Below, piece by piece: positions 45,778-54,409 of a stretch of 64,000 bases of DNA. Position 1 is the stretch's first letter. Each line of letters starts with the position of its first letter. The translations under genes were made by a program, and so were the position numbers. A model generated the notes under the pieces. That model worked only from the letters and a program-made list of their open reading frames with translations. It was not told the DNA's origin and searched no databases. Source of the DNA: an uncultured Clostridia bacterium (GTDB lineage Bacteria; Bacillota; Clostridia; Oscillospirales; Acutalibacteraceae); contig CAMAZY010000014.1 in the NCBI GenBank assembly GCA_945863885.1, positions 500 to 64,499 on the forward strand. The letters run 5' to 3'.

Positions 45778-47202
45778 ATGAAGAAAACAGCAAGAAAATT
45801 TTTGGCTTTCGTGCTGACTCTGCTGCTGACCGCTTCGGTTTGTATACCGGCTGTTGCGGTAAGCGAGGACGAATGGGCGGCTTATTGGGAAACAGCGGAC
45901 GCAAAAAGCGCCGTCACCGTCTTTCCGGGCAGTGACGAAAGCGAAAGGCGGCTTTCGTGGTACAGCGACGAAGAAAGCACGCCGCAAGTGCTTCTCGGAG
46001 AAAGCCCGGACGCACTTGATACGGTTTTTGTGGGTACCTGTCTGAAAGCCACGGACGGCGACTATGCCAATAAGGTGACCGTAACGGGACTTAAAGAAGA
46101 CACCGTTTACTATTACCAATGCGTCAGCGGCGATTTTGAATCCGCCGTCTACTCGTTTAAAACCGACAAAATCGACGGGAAGTTTTCCGCTCTTTATGTA
46201 ACGGACGTGCACGTCAGTCTTGAAGAGAATGAACCGGATTCGGTTAAGGAAAGCGCACGGGTGTTCAGTGAAACACTTGAAAATGCCGCCGCAAAAAGAC
46301 CCGACCTTTCGCTTGTGCTTTCTGCCGGCGACCAGGCTTCTTTGGCTCTTGAAAGCGAATACAAGGGTTTTTCGGCTTCCCCGGTTTTAAAGTCGGTCAG
46401 TGTAGCAACGGCAATCGGAAATCACGACAAAAAGGGCACCGAGTATAAAACGTTTAAAAATATGCCGAACGAAGACAACGGTCAGCTTGTCAAGTCCTAT
46501 ATCGGCTCGGATTACTGGTTCGTCAAGGACAATGCGCTGTTTCTTGTCATGGACAGTACGACAGGAAGCGGTGTTGACCACCGTGCGTTTGTCAAAGAGG
46601 CAGTCGAAAAGAATCCCGGCGTCAAATGGAAAATCATGATGTTCCACCATGACCTTTACGGCGAAAGAGAGCCGCACCGGATTCCCGAGGTCAGAATTAT
46701 GGAGCTTTTATGGTCGCCGATTTGCGACGAATTCAAAATCGACCTCGTGCTGTTGGGTCACAGCCATTTCTACACGGTTTCCAACGTTATTTACGGCAAC
46801 AGAACCGCCGAAAAATACCAAAGTGAAATGATCGACCCGAAAGGAACAATCTATTTCACCTCCGGCGCCGTCAACCGACCCGAAACGGCAACCGAAGCAC
46901 CGCTCGGAAAGAATGCGGGCTTCTCGTATCTTGCGCCTGAGGCGATGTACAATCTTCTCGACTTTGACGGCGATACGCTGACGGTAAATTCGTATACGCT
47001 CGAATCGGACACGCTGTTCAACACCTTTACGATTACGAAAACAGGCGAAACCGGCGGTCACCCGGACAAAACGAGAAATCCGTTTGACAGCCTTGTAAGA
47101 CTCATCGGCACGGTCTATTCATTCATCAACAATTTCAGCATTTTTTCCGAAATCAAAGAAGCCGGGTACGATGTGAATCTGCTTGAATGGCTGTTCGGAT
47201 AA
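45778..47202 (+). CDS. Secreted purple-acid-phosphatase-like metallophosphoesterase
   Basis: Start at ATG 45778 (MKKTARKFLAFVLTLLL signal). N-terminal PAP Fn3-like domain (LSWYSD...TGLKEDTVYYYQ), then DVH, GDQA, GNHD and GHSH. Confidence 0.8.
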   Translation: MKKTARKFLAFVLTLLLTASVCIPAVAVSEDEWAAYWETADAKSAVTVFPGSDESERRLSWYSDEESTPQVLLGESPDALDTVFVGTCLKATDGDYANKVTVTGLKEDTVYYYQCVSGDFESAVYSFKTDKIDGKFSALYVTDVHVSLEENEPDSVKESARVFSETLENAAAKRPDLSLVLSAGDQASLALESEYKGFSASPVLKSVSVATAIGNHDKKGTEYKTFKNMPNEDNGQLVKSYIGSDYWFVKDNALFLVMDSTTGSGVDHRAFVKEAVEKNPGVKWKIMMFHHDLYGEREPHRIPEVRIMELLWSPICDEFKIDLVLLGHSHFYTVSNVIYGNRTAEKYQSEMIDPKGTIYFTSGAVNRPETATEAPLGKNAGFSYLAPEAMYNLLDFDGDTLTVNSYTLESDTLFNTFTITKTGETGGHPDKTRNPFDSLVRLIGTVYSFINNFSIFSEIKEAGYDVNLLEWLFG

Positions 47203-47213
47203 AGAAAAGCATA

Positions 47214-47250
47214 AACCTGCCGCAGGGATTGTCCTTGCGACAGGTTTTTT
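47214..47250. terminator. Hairpin between convergent genes
   Basis: aacctgccgcaggg...ccttgcgacaggtt followed by tttttt. Confidence 0.65.
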
Positions 47251-47311
47251 CTCGTATACAAAAGAGACTGCCCGAAAATAGCCTCTTGTAAAATCCGACA
47301 AAAAGCCGGAA

Positions 47312-47785
47312 TTACTTTTGATTTCGCCTGTTGATAAGGCTTTCGACTTTTTTCAGAATAATTTCGTCCTCTTCTTCTAAGTCCGCCATTAAGCAGTCAA
47401 TCGCACAAAGTGCGCCGGAAGCATCGGTATCGTCGTGACAGAATTCGCCGTCCAGGTCATATTTCTTTCCGTCGAGAATTACTACACGGCAATCATCATA
47501 ACCGGAGAAGCGGAAAAAGCGGAAGTTTTGGGCGCCGAGCTCCTTTATCAGAAGAAAATAATTGTCGACGATTTCTTCGTAAATTTCGTCATCGGATACA
47601 GGCTCAAAAGGCTCCGACAGCCCCTCGGAAAGGATTTCTTCAAAGAAATCGACTATGCCGCTTTTTTGAATTTCGTCAAAATCGAAATCTTCCACGTTAA
47701 GAGAACCGTCTGTCAGTCCCTTGATCTTATCGGCAATCGCCTTGAATTGAAGCAGGTTTTCTGCATCGAAATTTTTATCGCTCAT
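47312..47785 (-). CDS. Highly acidic hypothetical protein
   Basis: 157 aa from ATG 47785. Asp/Glu-rich throughout. No motif recognised. Confidence 0.55.
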   Translation of the reverse strand: MSDKNFDAENLLQFKAIADKIKGLTDGSLNVEDFDFDEIQKSGIVDFFEEILSEGLSEPFEPVSDDEIYEEIVDNYFLLIKELGAQNFRFFRFSGYDDCRVVILDGKKYDLDGEFCHDDTDASGALCAIDCLMADLEEEDEIILKKVESLINRRNQK

Positions 47786-47862
47786 ATCATAACCGCCCTT
47801 TCCTGTTGATAAGTAACAGAGCAAAGCATTCGTTTATCTTTTTGCTCTGTTATTCTATCAGT

Positions 47863-48573
47863 TTATGAAGCTTCTGTCAAGCTGTTATCTGCTGTCTCAC
47901 CTACGGATTCGTCTTCGGCGACCGCGGAGGAGACACTACAGGTGACTTCTTCGCTTTGTTCGTCAATCGTATAGACGGCATCTATCACAAAGTGGGCGGC
48001 GATTGCCGCAGAAACGATAAGAACAATACCGATAATAAGAAGAATCATCAACCGTTTGGTTTTTTTCGATGTTTTTCCGGTTTCATCTTTCTTTCGAAGA
48101 CACTTTATCATGATAATACCGCCGACCGCCAAAGCGATTCCCGTCAGTACCGAAAAAAGGAGCGGAAGAAAAGCGGCGGCGCCGAGCACCCCGAAAGCGC
48201 CTGCATTTCCTAAGGTTGCGATACTTGAAACAGCGCTGACAATCCGCCAAAGACCGAGCAAAAGAAGCACAACGCCGAGAATCCAACCGTAGTTTTGAAA
48301 CAGCGATTCGGCTTTGCTCATGACCTTATCGGCGGTGTCAATGCTTTTTGCCGCCTGAGGGGGAATATATTCCTCCTTGCTGTCGTCCAGAAGATAATCG
48401 GTTGTCACCGAAAATATTTTCGCAAGTGCCAGAAGCTTTGCTATTTCGGGCACACTGTCGCCCGTCTCCCACTTTGAAACGGACTGACGGGAAACCGAAA
48501 GCTTGTCGGCAAGCTCGTCCTGCGACCAGCCGGACTTTTTTCTGAGTGTATAAATCTTTTCGTTGATTTTCAT
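47863..48573 (-). CDS. XRE-family HTH regulator with a C-terminal membrane domain
   Basis: LRKKSGWSQDELADKLSVSRQSVSKWETG is an HTH_3 motif. Three or four TM helices follow. AAGGAGG SD. Confidence 0.82.
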   Translation of the reverse strand: MKINEKIYTLRKKSGWSQDELADKLSVSRQSVSKWETGDSVPEIAKLLALAKIFSVTTDYLLDDSKEEYIPPQAAKSIDTADKVMSKAESLFQNYGWILGVVLLLLGLWRIVSAVSSIATLGNAGAFGVLGAAAFLPLLFSVLTGIALAVGGIIMIKCLRKKDETGKTSKKTKRLMILLIIGIVLIVSAAIAAHFVIDAVYTIDEQSEEVTCSVSSAVAEDESVGETADNSLTEAS

Positions 48574-48604
48574 GCTGTCTCCTCCTTGTGAAACTTACAG
48601 AGAA

Positions 48605-48633
48605 ATTATAGCAACAGCACAAAGGAAAAGCAA
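48605..48633 (-). promoter_or_regulatory. Candidate promoter of the XRE-TM gene
   Basis: On the - strand: TTGCTT, 17-nt spacer, TATAAT. Just upstream at about 48651-48685 is an 11-bp inverted repeat, ctttcgcaacc/ggttgcgaaag. Confidence 0.5.
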
Positions 48634-48707
48634 TATATCACGCCGTGCACTTTCGCAACCGGCGGTTGCAATCGGTTGCGAAAGTACTTACTTGTCTTTT
48701 ATGCAGG

Positions 48708-48983
48708 TTACGAAATTGCCGCCGAAACGACTTTTCCGAAAACACGAAGCTCGGAGCGGATGATAATGTCGTCCCGATCCGGTTCGGCACCCTTTCCTTT
48801 TTCAATCTGTGCCGTATATCCGAGACCAACGTAATCGATCACTTTGTTCCGGCTTGTTTTTTCAATTGCGAAAACCGGCGCCTTCAGGTTGGCGCAGCGG
48901 TTATAATCCACCGAGAACATGGTAAGCCAGAGTGCAATCACTACGACAAAAATGCCAATGATAATTTTTGTTCCTTTTTTCAT
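48708..48983 (-). CDS. Small single-pass membrane protein, third gene of the sigma operon
   Basis: MKKGTKIIIGIFVVVIALWLTMF anchor. AAGGAGGA SD. Starts 3 nt after the anti-sigma stop. Confidence 0.65.
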   Translation of the reverse strand: MKKGTKIIIGIFVVVIALWLTMFSVDYNRCANLKAPVFAIEKTSRNKVIDYVGLGYTAQIEKGKGAEPDRDDIIIRSELRVFGKVVSAAIS

Positions 48984-48986
48984 TTT

Positions 48987-49997
48987 TTATTCCTCCTTTG
49001 ACGGTTCGGAGTATACTTCGGTTACTTCGATTGAATCGACCATATATACGTCGCTCGGGTTAGGCAGTGCTGTGGTCGGAACATACTTTACACCGCCGGT
49101 TTTGTCCGCCGTTTCAAAAAGAGCTTTGACGGCTTCTTTTCCGACGAAAAAGCTCACGCCGACATCAACAAGGTTTGTCATGATATAGCCGTCCTCGGAG
49201 ATAGTCAGGAACAGAGAATACCGGCTTAAAAGCGGAGACGATACGCCGAATTCGAGAATGCGCTCGCCGTCTTTTGCCATATTATCCGACGTGTATTCAA
49301 GTGCTTTCGCTTTTCCGCAAGCTTCAAGCAACCGGTAAACCGTATTGGGTAGTGCCTCATTTTCATGAAGCTTGATCTGACTTGCACTGACATCAGAATT
49401 CGAACTGAGAATGATATCGCTGTCGATTTTTATGTTTTCGGAAAAGTTCAACTTGTCGGTAAAATCCTTTAGGTCAGACGGAAACCAGTCTTCCGCTTTA
49501 TAGGAATAGGTGTTGCCGTCCGTATCAAATTTCACCGCAACAAGAAAATCACTTTTGAACGTTCCGACCGTATAAACCTCACAGTCGGTTTCGTAGATTT
49601 TATCGGTGTAGCTATCGAACCCTTTGGCTTTTGCCGGACCGAGCTTCGTTCCGATTTCGGTCTTTCCGGCTTTCATGCCGGTTGAAAGATATGTCTTTCC
49701 GTTAAAGCTTAGTTCCGTGTACTTTTCGTTGCTTTCTTTTTCGTCCCACTTCTTTTCCGGACAGATTTCTGCCGCCGCTGTCTGAACAACAAGGTTCGCC
49801 TGATTTTGCGTCTGCTCGTCCTTGATTTTCGGCTTGTCAGCCTTCATAAACACAACCGCAGCCGCAACCGCCAAAACAATACAGGCGACCGATGCGACCT
49901 TCAAAAAGGTTACCCGTTTCGTCTTTTTTCCGTTCGCCGCTTCGGCGATTTTTTCGTCGGAAATTTCACCCAATGCGTCATTGAGATATTCATTCAT
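48987..49997 (-). CDS. Putative anti-sigma factor (single-pass, with an extracytoplasmic domain of about 275 aa)
   Basis: Start at ATG 49997, overlapping the sigma gene stop by 8 nt. Short cytoplasmic N-terminus, then TM helix VASVACIVLAVAAAVVF. The call rests on position and topology only. Confidence 0.6.
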   Translation of the reverse strand: MNEYLNDALGEISDEKIAEAANGKKTKRVTFLKVASVACIVLAVAAAVVFMKADKPKIKDEQTQNQANLVVQTAAAEICPEKKWDEKESNEKYTELSFNGKTYLSTGMKAGKTEIGTKLGPAKAKGFDSYTDKIYETDCEVYTVGTFKSDFLVAVKFDTDGNTYSYKAEDWFPSDLKDFTDKLNFSENIKIDSDIILSSNSDVSASQIKLHENEALPNTVYRLLEACGKAKALEYTSDNMAKDGERILEFGVSSPLLSRYSLFLTISEDGYIMTNLVDVGVSFFVGKEAVKALFETADKTGGVKYVPTTALPNPSDVYMVDSIEVTEVYSEPSKEE

Positions 49998-50544
49998 CGT
50001 ATACACCCTCCTTAACAAGATAAGCTTTCAGTTTCTGTCTCGTCCTTGAAAGCCTTTTATGTACGGTGTTTTCGCTCAGACCGAATTCTTCGGCAAGAAC
50101 TGAAGTCTCACAGCAAAACCAGTACCGCTTGACAAAAAGCCGCCGGTTTTCGCTGTCAAGCGTATCCAAAAAGCTGTCAATCAGCTTGCCGAGCCGCTTT
50201 GAATCAAGATGCCTTTGCAACTCGTCACAGCCGATCGCTTCGTCAAGCTCTTCAAGCGGAATGGTGATTCCCGTCCGTTTGCGTGCCGTTTTTTCACGCA
50301 GTCTCTTAAGCGACAGGTTTTTCGCAATCCGGCAAAGAAACGCAGAAAGTGGGTCGGGCTCTTTCGGCGGAACGCTTTTCCACAAAGCGAAATAGGTGTC
50401 GTTTTCACATTCGGCGGCGTCCTCGTCGCTGTTTACAATGTTTTTTGAAAGAGAGAAAAGCAATTTTCCGTATTTTTCTTTCGCTTCTTTCAGTCCCTGC
50501 TCATTCCGGACAAAAAGGAGAGAAATGATTTCGCTGTCCGACAT
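49990..50544 (-). CDS. ECF-type sigma-70 family RNA polymerase sigma factor
   Basis: Start at ATG 50544 after AAAGGAGG. Region 2 (DAAECENDTYFALWK) and region 4 HTH (SVLAEEFGLSENTVHKRLSRTRQKL). Confidence 0.85.
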   Translation of the reverse strand: MSDSEIISLLFVRNEQGLKEAKEKYGKLLFSLSKNIVNSDEDAAECENDTYFALWKSVPPKEPDPLSAFLCRIAKNLSLKRLREKTARKRTGITIPLEELDEAIGCDELQRHLDSKRLGKLIDSFLDTLDSENRRLFVKRYWFCCETSVLAEEFGLSENTVHKRLSRTRQKLKAYLVKEGVYDE

Positions 50545-50638
50545 AAGAAGACCTCCTTTCACTTTTTCGGGCGGGTTCGGATTATATGTGTCACCCTATA
50601 GATACCGTTTGCGTCTCGTTTCTGACACGCATAGTATG

Positions 50639-50838
50639 TAACAGATGTTGGATTTTAGATGTTAGATGTTAGAATCGGTCGCGGGTTTCCTTTGTGCCAA
50701 AGGAATAGTTCAACCCGCAGAGTCGGTTTTTTCGTGTCGGGAAGCCGGTAGATTATAAGCGGAGGGAACCTTTGCGGCTTCGGGGAAAACACTTCCGCAG
50801 GCGGCAAAAGTGCGGCTTCGCCGCACCCGGGCGCCTTA
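50639..50838 (+). repeat. Modular intergenic element, copy 1 (candidate structured RNA; strand unresolved)
   Basis: Five heptads (taaCAGA tgtTGGA tttTAGA tgtTAGA tgtTAGA), then the blocks cggtcgcg, cgcagagtcgg, ccggtagattataagcggaggga and gcggcaaaagtgcggcttcgccgcacccgggcgcctt. All are shared with 61139-61416. Confidence 0.7.
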
Positions 50839-50991
50839 CTTCCCATCGGCACCGGTTACGTTTCATTTTATCATTTTCCCCATCGGTTGTAAATCGTCTG
50901 CAATATCGGCCGACAGGCAAAAATGTACTCGGATTGTCACAAATTAACAAAAAACTTCCCTTTATTTACTTTAAGGTGTTGCTTTGGCTCA

Positions 50992-51020
50992 TTGACAGAA
51001 ATTTTGACAAAGTGTATACT
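50992..51020 (+). promoter_or_regulatory. Candidate serA promoter
   Basis: TTGACA (50992-50997), 17-nt spacer, TATACT (51015-51020). Confidence 0.55.
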
Positions 51021-51074
51021 TTATATAATGATATATTTTTCGATTTACCCAAACAAATATTTACGGAGGAAGCC

Positions 51075-52247
51075 ATGTATAACATTCTTACTCTCAATTC
51101 CATTTCACCGAAAATCAATACACAGCTTACAAACGACCGCTTCAATGTTTCTTCGAGTATCGAAGATCCCGACGCTGTCGTTGTCAGAAGCTTCAATATG
51201 CACGAAACCGAGCTTGGCGAAAACCTGAAAGCCATTGCAAGAGCGGGCGCCGGCGTCAACAATATCCCGGTTGACAAGTGCACCGAAAAGGGTATCGTTG
51301 TTTTTAATTCACCCGGAGCGAATGCAAACGCTGTTAAAGAGCTTGCGCTTTGCATGATGCTTATTTCTTCGAGAAACGTACTTGACAGCATCGACTGGAC
51401 AATGTCCTTAAAGGGCGGCGGAGACGCTGTGACAAAGACTGTCGAAAAGGGCAAGGGTGCTTTTGTCGGTCACGAACTCAAAGGAAAGACCCTCGGCGTT
51501 ATCGGACTTGGCGCAATCGGCTCTCTTGTTGCGCAGACGGGCGTTGATCTCGGCATGAAAGTCATCGGCTGTGACCCGCACCTTACGATTAACGCCGCTT
51601 TGAAGCTTTCGAACGCCATCAAGGTCGTCACCGACGAGGACGTACTTATCAAAAATTCCGACATCATCTCTGTTCATGTTCCGCTTTGCGACGAGACGAG
51701 ATATAAATATAACGACGCTTTCATCTCAAAGTGCCGCAACGGCGTGATTCTTTTGAATATGTCAAGAGCGGAAATCGCCGACCCCGACGCCATCAAGAGA
51801 GGCATCGCCGACGGAAAGATTGCCAAATACGTCTGCGACTTCCCGACCGACAACCTGATCGGTGAAAAGGATGTTATCCTGACGCCGCACTTAGCCTCCG
51901 GCACCTACGAAGCCGAGGACAACTGTGCGCTTATGGCGGCGGAAGAACTCAAGAACTATCTGCTTTACGGCAACATCAAAAATTCCGTTAACTTCCCCGA
52001 GTGCTCGCTCGGTTATCTTGAAAGCAAAACAAGACTTTGCATTTTCCACGAAAACAAGCCGACGCTGATTCAGCAGATTACTCATCTCGTTTCCTCAACC
52101 GGTGCCAATATCGACAACATGATAAGCAAGGCAAGAGGCACCAAGGCATATACAATGCTTGACGTCGGAGCCGAAGTCAGTTCCGACACAAAAAAGAGCA
52201 TTGAAAAAATCGACGGTGTTGTCAGGGTTATCAGTATTGAAAAGTAA
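51075..52247 (+). CDS. serA: D-3-phosphoglycerate dehydrogenase with a C-terminal ACT domain
   Basis: Start at ATG 51075, 5 nt after GGAGGAAG. The track 5' extension runs through the promoter and the repeat. GLGAIGSLVA NAD fold and HLASGT. Confidence 0.85.
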   Translation: MYNILTLNSISPKINTQLTNDRFNVSSSIEDPDAVVVRSFNMHETELGENLKAIARAGAGVNNIPVDKCTEKGIVVFNSPGANANAVKELALCMMLISSRNVLDSIDWTMSLKGGGDAVTKTVEKGKGAFVGHELKGKTLGVIGLGAIGSLVAQTGVDLGMKVIGCDPHLTINAALKLSNAIKVVTDEDVLIKNSDIISVHVPLCDETRYKYNDAFISKCRNGVILLNMSRAEIADPDAIKRGIADGKIAKYVCDFPTDNLIGEKDVILTPHLASGTYEAEDNCALMAAEELKNYLLYGNIKNSVNFPECSLGYLESKTRLCIFHENKPTLIQQITHLVSSTGANIDNMISKARGTKAYTMLDVGAEVSSDTKKSIEKIDGVVRVISIEK

Positions 52248-52266
52248 ATCATTTTTATCACCAAAA

Positions 52267-52290
52267 AGCCGTGCGGAAATCCGCACGGCT
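52267..52290. terminator. Hairpin shared by convergent serA and the EF-G paralog
   Basis: agccgtgcgg-aaat-ccgcacggct. T/G-rich tail on the + strand, and an A-run at 52263-52267 giving a T-run on the - strand. Confidence 0.7.
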
Positions 52291-52339
52291 TCTCGGTTTG
52301 TGTGTGTTGTGTGTTTATCTTGAAAAAAGTTGATAGCAA

Positions 52340-54409
52340 TTATTCGTCGGCTTCTGCCTTTGCGTCCTCGATGACCTTTTGCGCAACGTTGCCCGGTGCG
52401 TCCTCATAGCGGACGAAGGTCAGGCTGTAATGTCCTCTGCCGGCGGTGACCGAACGCAGAACGGTTGAAAAGTCGCCCATTTCCGCCATCGGAACTTCGG
52501 CAACAAGCTCCTGCATCTTCGGCTCGTCAGCGGCGCCCATGCCGAGAACTCTGCCGCGGCGCTTGGTTACATCGCCCATGATGTCGCCGAGGTTTGCGTC
52601 GGGGATATATGCTTTCAGCTCGCCGATCGGTTCAAGGATAACGGGGTTCGCCTGCGCCATGCCGTTTTTGTAAGCAATCTTTGCGGCGGTGCGGAACGCC
52701 ATATCGTTCGAGTCAACCGGGTGGTAAGAACCGTCGTAAAGAACAGCCTTAAGACCGACAACCGGATAACCGGCAAGCGGACCTTTCTGAATCGCTTCCT
52801 GAAGTCCCTTTTCAACGGCAGGGAAGTAGTTCTTCGGAACGGAACCGCCGACAACCTCGGTTTCGAAAATCAGCTCGTCGCCGTCGTGCGGCTCAAAGCG
52901 GATCCATACGTCACCGAACTGGCCGGAACCGCCGGACTGCTTCTTATGTCTGCCCTGAACCTGACAGCTCTTTCTGATGGTTTCTCTGTATGCAACTTTC
53001 GGAACCTTAAGGCCGATTTCAACGCCGAACTTTGTCTTAAGCTTTGCGATAACGATATCAAGATGCTGTTCGCCGAGACCCGAAAGCACCATTTCTCTTG
53101 TTTCTTCGTTATTGACAAGCGTGACGGTCGGATCCTCGCCCATGATACGGCGAAGTCCCGAGGCAACCTTGTCCTCTTCGCCCTTCTTCTTAACAACGAT
53201 TGCCATGGAAAGCGACGGCTTCGGGAAGTCAACGCCCTTGAGCTTAACGATATTCTTCGGACTGCAGATCGTGTCGCCCGTTGCAAGACCGGAAAGCTTT
53301 GTGATAACACCGATATCGCCGGCTGTGATAGCGGAGACGTCCTCCTGCTTGTTGCCTCTTACGGAAATCAGCTTGCCCATTCTTTCGCTCTCGCCCGTTC
53401 TTGCGTTGTAAGCCGGAACGTCGGCGGAAAGCTTACCGCTGATGACCTTGACAAAGGACATCTTACCGACAAACGGGTCGGCAACGGTCTTAAAGCAGAT
53501 CGCCGCAACGGGACCGTTCGGGTCACACTTGACGTCGACCTCGTTGTCGTTTTCGTCAAGTCCCTTTTCGTTTGCCGCCGTAAGCGGATTGGGAGCGGAA
53601 TAAACGAGTGCATCAAGAAGAAGATCAACACCGTCCATATTGTAGCCGGAGCAGGCATATACGGGATAAATCTCACCGCTTTCGACGCCCTTGGTAAGAC
53701 CGTCGATGATTTCTTCTTTCGTAAGTTCTTCACCGTCGAAGAATTTCATCATCAGATCGTCATCAACGGAAGCGACCGCCTCCATGAGAACGTCCTTCAT
53801 TTCCTGAATGTGATCGTCTTCAGGCATACTGACTTCGGCCGCCTTGCCCTTGTTGTATTCGAAAGCCTTGTTGGAACAAAGATTGATGTAGCTGACTGCC
53901 TTACCGTCAACCATATGCGGAATAACGACGGGGCAAAGCTTAGTGCCGATGGCATCTTTCAAAGCGTCAAAGGTCTTATAAAAGTCACGGTTTTCACCGT
54001 CAAGCTTTGTGATAACAAAGAATTTGGAAAGTCCTCTTGCGTCGGCGGCTTTGATGGCCTTTTCCGCACCGACGTCAAAGCCGGAGCCTGCGGAGGTTAC
54101 AATCAGAGCACAGCCTGCGGCTCTCATAGCCTCATATACGCCGCCCTCAAAGTCGAACTTACCGGGAGCGTCAAGAAGATTGATTTTGGTATCTCTCCAT
54201 TCAAGAGCCGCTACGGCGGTCGAAAGAGAACACTGGCGCTTCTTTTCTTCGGCGTCAAAGTCCATGACGGTGTTGCCGTCGGCTACTCTTCCGAGTCTGT
54301 CGGAAGCACCTGTAATATAAAGCATTGCCTCGGCAAGGGTGGTCTTGCCTTTTCCGGTGTGACCTGCGATGGCAACGTTTCTGATTTTATCGGCGCTGTA
54401 AGTTTTCAA
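52340..54409 (-). CDS. Elongation factor G paralog
   Basis: G1 motif AGHTGKGKTT, switch II DAPGKFDF, G4 motif TKLD, and EF-G domains II-V. 689 aa. Not in a str-operon context. Confidence 0.85.
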   Translation of the reverse strand: MKTYSADKIRNVAIAGHTGKGKTTLAEAMLYITGASDRLGRVADGNTVMDFDAEEKKRQCSLSTAVAALEWRDTKINLLDAPGKFDFEGGVYEAMRAAGCALIVTSAGSGFDVGAEKAIKAADARGLSKFFVITKLDGENRDFYKTFDALKDAIGTKLCPVVIPHMVDGKAVSYINLCSNKAFEYNKGKAAEVSMPEDDHIQEMKDVLMEAVASVDDDLMMKFFDGEELTKEEIIDGLTKGVESGEIYPVYACSGYNMDGVDLLLDALVYSAPNPLTAANEKGLDENDNEVDVKCDPNGPVAAICFKTVADPFVGKMSFVKVISGKLSADVPAYNARTGESERMGKLISVRGNKQEDVSAITAGDIGVITKLSGLATGDTICSPKNIVKLKGVDFPKPSLSMAIVVKKKGEEDKVASGLRRIMGEDPTVTLVNNEETREMVLSGLGEQHLDIVIAKLKTKFGVEIGLKVPKVAYRETIRKSCQVQGRHKKQSGGSGQFGDVWIRFEPHDGDELIFETEVVGGSVPKNYFPAVEKGLQEAIQKGPLAGYPVVGLKAVLYDGSYHPVDSNDMAFRTAAKIAYKNGMAQANPVILEPIGELKAYIPDANLGDIMGDVTKRRGRVLGMGAADEPKMQELVAEVPMAEMGDFSTVLRSVTAGRGHYSLTFVRYEDAPGNVAQKVIEDAKAEADE

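Noticed and set aside
50655-50852. 65-aa ORF (and the 73-aa ORF at 61211-61432) inside the two repeat copies, sharing GCGEAA and FPPLIIY peptides
   Set aside because: The shared peptides simply translate the conserved nucleotide blocks. Between them the sequences differ by large indels, the products are Pro/Ala/Arg-rich low complexity, and there is no SD. A non-coding element is the simpler reading. I cannot fully exclude a small protein.
50772-51074. Long 5' extensions of track ORFs (serA from 50772; also 43996, 45736, 22350, 60981-61070, 62360-62413, 38822-38908, 42008-42094, 1554-1670 and 14720-14818)
   Set aside because: The extensions run through promoters, repeats or neighbouring genes and lack an SD. 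In each case an internal ATG with a well-spaced GGAGG-type SD gives a protein starting at the family-typical N-terminus.
50839-51074. Possible T-box or amino-acid riboswitch in front of serA
   Set aside because: I looked for a T-box sequence (AANNNGGGTGGTACCGCG-like), specifier-loop features and a terminator/antiterminator pair, and found none. A good promoter at 50992-51020 leaves only a leader of about 50 nt.
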